This document shows positions 54,158 through 64,000 of a stretch of DNA of 64,000 nucleotides, one piece after another. Position numbers and translations under genes: made by a program. The notes beneath the pieces were generated by a model. The model did not search any database, was not told where the DNA came from, and worked only from the letters and a program-made list of their open reading frames with translations. Source of the DNA: Eledone cirrhosa (taxonomy: Eukaryota). Where the stretch lies: assembly GCA_964016885.1 (NCBI GenBank), contig OZ024741.1, positions 129,394,001 through 129,458,000 on the forward strand, given 5' to 3'. The stretch's first letter is position 1. Every line of letters begins with the position of its first letter.

Positions 54158-54430
54158 ATATTAATAATAACATTCGATTCGTTTGCAATTATACAAACGA
54201 CCCTCAATTTTAAAGCCATGTCAGTAGAATGAACATTTCATTCTTGCTCTTATGTTGGCATGCGAACAGAACTGTACTGATGAAGGGTGATACCCAGAAA
54301 CATTAGTGTCTGCAGTTCTGTTCGCATGCCAACATAAGAGCAAGAATAAAGTGTTCATTCTACTGACATGGCTATAAAACTGAGGGTTGTTTGTATAATT
54401 GCAAACGAATCGAATGTTATTATTAATGTT
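54158..54430. mobile_element. Foldback element whose loop is a hammerhead ribozyme
   Basis: Arms 54158-54276 / 54311-54430. Confidence 0.85.
54269..54318 (+). ncRNA. Type I hammerhead ribozyme, canonical core
   Basis: GAACTGTA-CTGATGA-aGGGTgatACCCa-GAAA-CATTAGTG-TC-TGCAGTTC. Confidence 0.87.
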
Positions 54431-54824
54431 ATTATTATTATATATTCTGCCGCTTCCCATATATTTCTTTATTGTATTGTATCGTTTGCTTTGTTTCTTC
54501 TGTTTGTCGTTTGCGTACACACACACACACACGCGCTCGCTCGCGCGCGCACTCATACACACATGTATATATATATCCATCACCCTTTAAACATAAACCT
54601 ACTGTTACTCACCAACCCCCTATAAACCCATTAATAAGTGTATAAAAAACAGATCCAGGGACCTCTGTCAACATTTTAGATGTTTCTTTGCACATATAAA
54701 CTCGCATATCTGACGAGATATCGAAATAGAGTTGGGTCCCGTCATCTTCATTGTACCCTGAGCTGATCGATATCGAAACAATTGTAATATACTAATAAAG
54801 TTTCTACTTAGACTGTTCTTAGTC

Positions 54825-54917
<93 letters not shown>

Positions 54918-54918
<1 letters not shown>

Positions 54919-55425
54919 AGACCCGCTTCGGTACCAGTACCACTCAAGAGCGACCTGACATTGAGAAAAAAGCGAGTGGAGCATGCTGTTTCGAAACGTT
55001 CACTTCGTAAGCGGGACTCAACTACAATACCTGCAAACATTCAGCAGGATTTGAGGTGCAATGCACGTGGCCAATTTCTTGTAACACGACCTAGTTTTGT
55101 TACTATCTGAAATCATACGAGACAGGGAGAAATTGGGTCAATGTCAGACGATTCTACTGCCACACACTCCACGGCATATTTGCAGTGAGTGTGGATTAAT
55201 TTGTAAGTCAGTGGGGGGTCTGACCAGACATAGTAAAATTCATGAAACCACACTCCAGCCGGTATTGGCAGGAGACAGACACCTCAAGTGTCACATCTGT
55301 GATCGTATCTGAAAAACAAAAGCGGGTCTGAAAAGTTACCTGTGTGCACATGACTATGCAATGTTCAATGAAGGTATGGAATTCTTCTGACAAGAAGTAG
55401 CAATCAACATGTATGTATGTATGTA
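54918..55425 (+). mobile_element. 3' end of an RTE-like LINE with C2H2 zinc fingers and (ATGT)n tail
   Basis: HICSECGLICKSVGGLTRHSKIH and KCHICDRI*KTKAGLKSYLCAH with stops/frameshifts; ends in (ATGT)n like 8030-8200. Confidence 0.65.
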
Positions 55426-55468
55426 TATAAATTACACAATAATCAAAGCTATGTTCAAATCATTTTAT

Positions 55469-55515
55469 TGCTGACAATCGTTTCTTCCAAACTATCGTTT
55501 GGAATCATCGGAGCA
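55469..55515 (-). ncRNA. Minimal hammerhead ribozyme, CCGATGA core
   Basis: TGCT-CCGATGA-TTCCAAAC gata GTTTGGAA-GAAA-CGATTG-TC-AGCA. Confidence 0.83.
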
Positions 55516-56086
55516 GTAGCAATGTTTGTACATATAATTAACCTCCTATTCAACTGAACAATCATATAGATACATGGATATTAATATTGTCAACAACAGT
55601 TTCGTATTTACAGGGTGGAATGGATGCGACATAGATTACAAGAGAATTGTACAATAATTAAAATTAAAAATTAAAAATTAAAAAGCTACAGAGTGGAATG
55701 CAAGCGATAGAGATTATAAGGAGAGTATAACGTAAAACGAGGACACTAGCAGTAGTGCTAGTGTACTGCTAGTGTCCTCGTTTTACGAGTAACTTTCTAC
55801 CTTAATGCCTCTTTAATTGTTATACTATTCCCTTATAATCTCTATCGCTTGCATTCCACTCAGTAGATTTTTAATTTTTAATTTTTAATTTTTAATTTTT
55901 AATTTTAATTTTAATTTTAATTTTAATTTTAATTTTAATTTTAATTATTGTACAATTCTCTTGTAATCTATGTCGCATCCATTCCACCCTGTAAATACGA
56001 AACTGTTGTTGACAACATTAATATCCATGTATCTATATGATTGTTCAGTTGAATAGGAGGTTAATTATATGTACAAACATTGCTAC

Positions 56087-56133
56087 TGCTCCGATGATTC
56101 CAAACGATAGTTTGGAAGAAACCATTGTCAGCA
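56087..56133 (+). ncRNA. Hammerhead copy in the opposite arm
   Basis: Same fold, stem III CCATTG. Confidence 0.78.
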
Positions 56134-56976
56134 ATAAAATTATTTGAACATATCTTTGATTATTGTGTAATTTATATTCCGGCTCTGTAAAACATCTCAT
56201 GTATTTACATTGAGCTATTTTTTCTTACTGATAATAAGGTAGTAATAAATTACTGACCTTTCCTGTTTATAGTTGTATATAGTGTATACATAACTATTAA
56301 TAATATTATTATGTATATATGTATGTATATATGTATGTATATATATATATGTATATATGTATGTATGTATGTTCTTCTGGTTTTATAATTTCACAAATTT
56401 TTACCAATAGAGAGAAAGTCGTTTTCTAACATAGACACAAGACTCTCTCATTGGAATTTACACATCAACTAGGTAGATATGTATGCATGCATGCATGTGT
56501 AGATATGGATGTTATTGTATGTGTGGATGTGTATGTTTTGAGTTGTATGTGTGCATGTGTATATGCTTTGTATCTGTACATGTGTATATGCAGTTATTAG
56601 ATGCAACATTTTTGGAATGTTTTACATGTGTATGTATGTATGTATGTATAATATAGGTAGGGTGAGACAAAGTACGGAAGTGGCATCAAATAATTTTCCC
56701 CTCTCACAAGTAAACGAGATACACTTATATGTATCTCTCTACTTGGTCACCAAATGGTATGTATGATTGCATATGATATATATATAGAAAAGAACTTAAC
56801 AAATATTTACCAATATATAGAGGAAATGCTACATACCGTTTCGTAGACCTGCCAGAGCTTCTCTTCCATATCGGAGATTTGGCTTAAACTCGACATTCTC
56901 TACAATCACAACTCAGAAATGTATGTATGTATGTATGTATGTATGTATGTATGTATGTATGTATGTATGTATGTAT

Positions 56977-57033
<57 letters not shown>

Positions 57034-57394
57034 ATGTTGGTGGTATTCTTTAGAGTTTTTGTAAAACCCTTTTGCTGGTCAGTTTAATAGCTTAGATATT
57101 TTTCTAATTTCTTTGGTCGAAATATAATGTAACGGGCTACATCACTTCGCCAAGGGAGGTAATTCTGCACATATTTAGAGTTCATTTTGGGTTTCTGTGT
57201 GTACAAAGTAGAGTACATGGTATGATATCCGACGGCGAAATCGTAATCGAAAAATCGGAATCATTCGTATTCCAATGTGTTTGAGTCAACCTGCAATAGA
57301 AAGAGATTTTATTTATATGTATTATATGTATATATGTACAAATATATATACATATACAATGTGTGTGTGTGTGTATGTATATTATACATACATA

Positions 57395-57551
57395 CAGGGC
57401 CGTCTTAACGCATGGGAAACGCTGGGCAGTTGTCCGGGGGCCCCACGAGGATAGGGGGCCCATTTGTATTTTTATTCCTGTGAGTGGTTGTGTAGGTAGG
57501 GGCTCCAGTACTCTGCTTTGCCCGGGGGCCTATAATGTTAAGACGTCCCTG
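57395..57551. mobile_element. hAT-type MITE
   Basis: TIRs CAGGGCCGTCTTAAC / GTTAAGACGTCCCTG; 8-bp TSD CATACATA. Confidence 0.85.
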
Positions 57552-57714
57552 CATACATACACACATACATACATACATGCATACATACATACATACATAC
57601 ATACATACATACATACATCCATACATACATACATCCATACATACATACATACATCCATCCATCCATCCATACATACATACATACATACATACATACATAC
57701 ATACATACATACAC

Positions 57715-57753
<39 letters not shown>

Positions 57754-57833
57754 ACCCCCCCACCCTCAAGAACGTGAAACTAATAAACCTTTGTTTGTAC
57801 TGCCTCTCTGTTTTGTTCCCGTTCCATTTTTTC

Positions 57834-57997
<164 letters not shown>

Positions 57998-58345
57998 TAT
58001 ATATATATAAGTATGTATATATATATATGTATGTATGCCGGGCACACGAGCAGAAGGACGTGTGTATTTAAATCGGTATACCGTTCTCATAACAACAACA
58101 AATGCATGAAGGACTTCTCAATTGCATGGAAGAACCGCGGAAATAATTATAACACACACACACATACACACACATATATATATATGTGTGTGTGTGTGTG
58201 TTCCAAAGAGATTGTTTCGGTAAAAGCAGGAGAAAGTTCTCAACAATCGCAGTTTTTAGTTACGATGGAGATTTTTATAAAAATAACATAAATCGTTTAA
58301 TCATTATAATTATTTCCACGGTTCTTTCATGCAATTGAGAAGTCC

Positions 58346-58376
<31 letters not shown>

Positions 58377-58464
58377 GTAGGTCCCGGGTTGAGTCGGGGA
58401 TAACCACAGTAAGTAAGGTACTCAATACATGGCAGAGTAAACATTTTTTTATTTTATAGAAGGA

Positions 58465-58513
58465 GCTTCTACAGGACTAGTACTGTTTCATTCAGATGAA
58501 ATCTTCAGGAAGC
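58465..58513 (-). ncRNA. Type I hammerhead ribozyme in foldback element 58375-58570
   Basis: GCTTC-CTGAAGA-tTTCAtcTGAAt-GAAA-CAGtactagtcCTG-TA-GAAGC; degenerate relative at ~21295-21345. Confidence 0.78.
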
Positions 58514-58637
58514 ACTGAATGAAACAGTACTAGTCCTGTAGAAGCTCCTTCTATAAAATAAAAAAAAATAAAAAATATATATATATATATATATATATAA
58601 CTGGACATTTGGAAACTCTGCTTCGTAGAATCGAGAC

Positions 58638-58726
58638 GTATCTGAGGACATTGCGATTTCAGAGTCAGGTTCGATCATTACATCGATCGTGCCTCAAGCT
58701 GGTCGCCAGAGAAACGATTGTAATAT
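58638..58726 (+). ncRNA. Hammerhead with long stem II in a small (TA)n-flanked insert
   Basis: GTAT-CTGAGGA-cattGCGAT...GTCGCcaga-GAAA-CGATTG-TA-ATAT. Confidence 0.6.
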
Positions 58727-58772
58727 TTCTAATAAATTTTATTTGTCGCAACACTGATTCTCCGTCTCTTAT

Positions 58773-58810
<38 letters not shown>

Positions 58811-58814
<4 letters not shown>

Positions 58815-59087
58815 CGTTCAGAGTTGCTGAAGCATGGAACAAACTCTCTGCATCAGTTGTTAGCTGCTGAGACACTGCATCCTTTAAAACCTCCATGCTT
58901 CCTGAGATTCGGCAACACTACACCTAATATTCCCCCTTCATACCCACGCACACATGTATATCATGACTCATACACTATTCACTTCCCTGACATTTGCATA
59001 TTATTCTATGTACTATACATGCACCTTTGATGAGTTGTAGTGCACCTGAGCACTGTACACAATAATTTCATTATTATTATTATTATC

Positions 59088-59112
<25 letters not shown>
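58811..59112 (+). mobile_element. 3' end of a CR1-group LINE with (ATT)n tail
   Basis: Encodes TFRVAEAWNKLSASVVSC*DTASFKTSML, matching the RVVxxWNxLPxxVV..SFK pattern; 3' UTR hairpin then (ATT)n. Confidence 0.8.
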
Positions 59113-59142
<30 letters not shown>

Positions 59143-59152
59143 CCCCACCCCC

Positions 59153-59218
<66 letters not shown>

Positions 59219-59238
59219 GATATATATTATGTATGCAT

Positions 59239-59305
<67 letters not shown>

Positions 59306-59329
59306 CATAGATATATATTATGTATGTAT

Positions 59330-59423
<94 letters not shown>

Positions 59424-59826
59424 ATGTGTGTGTATGTGTGCAAAGCTTTGATGAGAAATGCTTTACGGTACTTAGTTGCGGTTCTTTACGTTCTGGGTTA
59501 AAACGCCGCTAAGGTCAGCATTGCCTTTCATCCTACCGCCAACAGTACTGTGGTCGATATAATCGACTTTTTTCTTCGTCCAATATTGCTGCTCTTGTGC
59601 ATAAATTATGATTTAACGTCGTATATTTACTCCTGATATTTCGAGTAAATATAGACGTTGTCGTTGTTTATGTTATCATCGTTGTTGTTGGTAGAAGTGG
59701 AGATGATGGTGATGGCGTTGATATTGTTGGTGGTGGGCTGCGATTGGTGGGTTTTAATGTAGTGATGAATAAACAATCAAACTGAGTAGCACAAAGATAG
59801 ATACACTGAACGACAGACTGACAGAC

Positions 59827-59905
<79 letters not shown>

Positions 59906-60169
59906 AAGATAGTTAGATAGGTAGGCAAGACAAAATATATGTGAGTGTGCGTGAGTGGGAGTGTGTGTATGTGTGTTTATGATGATCTGTGAGGACATAG
60001 GATAAAATTCAGAGAAACAAGACACAAGCAAGGCCTTAATAAAGTATATATACACACACAAACACACACACACACACACACACGCACACACACACGCACA
60101 CACACACACATACACACATAAATATATATATATATATGTGTGTATATATAATATGTAGAAAGGATAACA

Positions 60170-60220
<51 letters not shown>

Positions 60221-60449
60221 TTATCAATGTACTGGGTGTTTCATTCCATTCACTAATCTTTTGGCGAAACAAATCTCTCTGGGTTTGTACGTGTGTGATA
60301 TATAGTTATAAAGTTGGGTAAATTCATTCTACTGTATATTTTTAATCATTATGCGTCTACCTCACCTTTCGTAGTTTATAGATTCCATACACTGGTGATT
60401 TGCCCTGTACATTGATAAACACTCTCTCTCTCTCTCGTGTTATCTTTTC

Positions 60450-60720
60450 TACATCGCGGTGGTTGTTCCACATTGCGAGAGGGTCGGCGAGATTACAGTT
60501 GTGCAGCATAATAGCAAAAGGTTTTCGCAGCTGAGAAGGGACTTTAGCAGTTGCTGCTTCTTGCAGGGTGAGGTGCCAATGGCTGTCATCGTGTAACATA
60601 CCACGCATCTGGCAAGCCAAACGGTAAGTGGAACAATGATGGCCATTGATGGTTCACAGACCTTGGAAAGAGTGTGGTCCTCTAACCTCGAACAGTAACA
60701 ATGACGATAAGGCGTCTGTG
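60450..60720 (-). mobile_element. Helitron RepHel coding fragment; adjacent 60890-61210 resembles a non-autonomous Helitron end
   Basis: CQMRGMLHDDSHWHLTLQEAATAKVPSQLRKPFAIMLHNCNLADPLAMWNNHRD matches the GLLxDDxEW...QLRxLF...C...P..LW motif. Confidence 0.8.
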
Positions 60721-61209
60721 CTTTCGTGAAATAAATAGGTTTTTGTTTTTGTGTATGCAAAAATATCTGTACACGAATATATATATTAAAATAACAGATT
60801 AAAATTTAAGCAAAGAATTGTTGCTGAATTTCTGAAACTAAAAAGATCAGTCTGTGAACACAGAAGTAAATATTTCGAAAAACGTTATCTAATGCAGAGA
60901 CATGTTATAAGGGCGCTACGTTATAGCTATGTATCTATCTAAAAAGACAGACTAAGAAAAAGAGGGGAATGTTGTGTGACGTCATAAGAAAGAGGTGAGG
61001 AATGACGTATAACCGGAAGTGTTGACATTTGAAATTTTAAAGAAGTGAATAATTAAATAATGTCTTTAATCTTTTAACAAAATTCAGTAGACAAAAATAC
61101 CCTCACTTTTTTACTTGGAAAAAGTTACATCTCTGGTGCAAATTTGGTGCTGTTTGGTCCAGCCGTTTGGCGGAAAGTTTGTTACCTACATACGGCCGTC
61201 AGCTTTATA

Positions 61210-61280
<71 letters not shown>

Positions 61281-61565
61281 AGTAGATAGATAAATAGATA
61301 GTTATTATTTAGATAAAATATATACAGTATTTCTCCTCCCAATCAGTATAAATCAACCACACAAAAAATCATTTAAACGAGGCTATAAGTTTAAAATGTA
61401 CTTATGAAGAAACAATAGATAATAGCTTCTTATCCGCGACTTATAGCTACAAAAAAATTTACCTAATATTTCTATTAGCCTGTAGAAATTGACTAGACAC
61501 ATAATTAGGTACATCATCAAAGTTAGAAGAAAAAATGTACATAAACTTTACCAAAATCTTCATAA

Positions 61566-61652
61566 TATCTCTTCCATCCGGTGGTTTCGTTCACTTTTTG
61601 GATATATCCGATCTTGGATAAATCAACGAGGTTTGCAACTCATCAGGAGATA
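61566..61652 (-). ncRNA. Hammerhead ribozyme relic in 61315-61852 (U16.1 mutated to A)
   Basis: TATCTC-CTGATGA-GTT...AAC-GAAA-CCAccggaTGG-AA-GAGATA. Confidence 0.72.
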
Positions 61653-61851
61653 ACTCAATTGAACAAAGATTTTTCTACCATGATCCCCGCCAGAAACGAA
61701 TTCAAAATGGCTAAGAATCATCATGTGACCAGTGGTCAAGGCAGAAAGTTTGTGATTGGTGCCTGTTGGCGAGTAGGCTGGTTGCTAGAAAGCGCAGCCG
61801 AATACTGCCTAAAGTTTTACTCAACCTTACGGGAGTATATAAAATTTAAAG

Positions 61852-61920
<69 letters not shown>

Positions 61921-62590
61921 CAGTGAATCTTCGCTTATCCGGACGGTCAAAACCAAACAGTTAGAAAAAGATCCGGTTAAGTGAAATTTCCGGATAAGTG
62001 AATTCTAAAATCCCATTGTTACATAATGCTCGTGGTTTCTAATGTTTTGGCTTCTTTTAGTCAAAATAAAAGACAAATGCTAAGTAAAGAAAGTTTATTA
62101 GAATAACAAAAGAACAGCTAGAATTAATAAGAAAATTAATTAAACAAACATAAGAATAACCAAAAACTTGGTAAAACTGAATTGAGTCCAACCATAAAAA
62201 GTTAGTACTTTTATAAAAATGAATAAATAGAAGATTGTTTCCGCGCCGAAGCTCGTCGTTCCGCTACCATTTCCCGCTACCATTTCCACGCAACAGCTGA
62301 ACGGTCAACCACCTCCCTCATGTTTATCGCACGTAAAAATGGAATCATTCCCGTGTCCCCTTTTCCGATCAAATCCCGCCGCAGTTGTTTTCTGTAAATC
62401 CGCTTTAGTGCCTCCAAAACTCCCTGGTCCATTGGCTGAATAAGTGACGTAACGTTCGCCGGAAGAAATGCTGCCCGAATCTGTCCGTCTGCCGAAATCA
62501 AGTCCTCCTCATCCGGAGGTAGTATAGAAATAGCCGTCCGGTAAATCGAATTTCGGTAAAAGCGATATCCGGATAAGCGAAGATGCACTG
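61921..62590 (-). mobile_element. Internally deleted pogo/Tigger transposon in (TA)n
   Basis: TIRs CAGTGAATCTTCGCTTATCCGGA / TCCGGATAAGCGAAGATGCACTG; encodes FLPANVTSLIQPMDQGVLEALKRIYRK. Confidence 0.9.
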
Positions 62591-62655
62591 TATATATATA
62601 TACATATATATATATACACACACACATATACATATATATATATACACACACACAC

Positions 62656-62733
<78 letters not shown>

Positions 62734-62797
62734 TGTCTTCCTCCGATTGCAACGTTTTTTGAAATATCCACTTCTGCGTTTACAGATTGACTTTGTT

Positions 62798-62848
62798 AGT
62801 TTCAGAAGATCCCGTTAAGGGTGAAACCAGCGATTCTTTGCTTAAACT
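62798..62848 (+). ncRNA. Hammerhead ribozyme, CAGAAGA core (19237 family)
   Basis: AGTTT-CAGAAGA-TCCCgttaaGGGT-GAAA-CCAG...TGC-TT-AAACT; another copy runs off the window end (63950-64000). Confidence 0.65.
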
Positions 62849-62870
62849 TTAATCTGTTATTTTAATATAT

Positions 62871-63547
<677 letters not shown>

Positions 63548-63695
63548 ACTTCGTGTAGGTGTTGGTTGTTTACCAATATTTCAGTATGCAGGGTAGAACA
63601 TTCAAAGAAGTGCGCAGATGAGTCTGTTTACTCCGGAGTAATGTACAAACAAGAAGTGTAAGCCAGGTTAAAATTAACTTCGTTTATTCATACTA

Positions 63696-63761
63696 GCTGC
63701 TATATATATTTCGGTTTCGGTGATAGCCATTATCCAACAGCTATGACCTCATCAGGCAGTT
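63696..63761 (-). ncRNA. Hammerhead ribozyme with CCGAAA duplication, in foldback element 63548-63950
   Basis: AACTGC-CTGATGA-GGTCATAGC...GCTATCACC-GAAA-(CCGAAA)-TATATA-TA-GCAGCT. Confidence 0.72.
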
Positions 63762-64000
63762 AGAACAGATAAAACCAGGGAAACATAATGCTGGAATAGA
63801 TTTTACCTTGTTAATTCGGTGATATGTTCAGATCCAGAGTGTGGTGTTAATCCTCCAAGGAACTGAAAGCATATACTATCACCGAAATATATATAACAGC
63901 GAATATGAATAAACGAAGTTAATTTTAACCTGTTGACTTACACTTCTTGTTTTCGAAGATCCCGTTAAGGGTGAAAGCAGCGATTCTTTGCTTAAACTTT

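Larger units (their letters stand above)
55425..56310. mobile_element. ~750-bp palindromic PLE pLTR element
   Basis: 55425-55755 is the reverse complement of 55763-56177, with (TTTTAA)n expanded in the right arm; 3' extension to ~56310. Confidence 0.87.

Overview
AT-rich, microsatellite-saturated animal genomic DNA; the SINE and microsatellite landscape looks like an octopus (coleoid cephalopod), which is inference. It holds one clear host coding exon (minus strand, 4552-6465, coiled-coil protein with an Asp-rich tract, unidentified). The rest is mostly mobile-element debris: many tRNA-derived SINEs, RTE, CR1, L1/Tx1 and R4/Dong LINE ends, Tc1/mariner, pogo, hAT, Helitron fragments and two solo LTRs. 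The main hidden signal, invisible in the ORF track, is about 30 type I hammerhead-ribozyme (HHR) folds read by eye, in about 11 sequence families. They sit in short, mostly non-coding elements inserted in (TA)n tracts, usually as long inverted (foldback) repeats or 1.x-mer direct repeats. Three decayed Penelope-like (PLE) RT/GIY-YIG fragments are also present. Together this looks like a diverse PLE/retrozyme system. It includes unusual catalytic-core variants (UUGAUAA, CAGAAGA, CCGAnGA), compensatory stem changes between copies, and one 430-nt unit that starts almost exactly at its predicted cleavage site. All folds and coordinates were read manually; boundaries are approximate and activity is untested.
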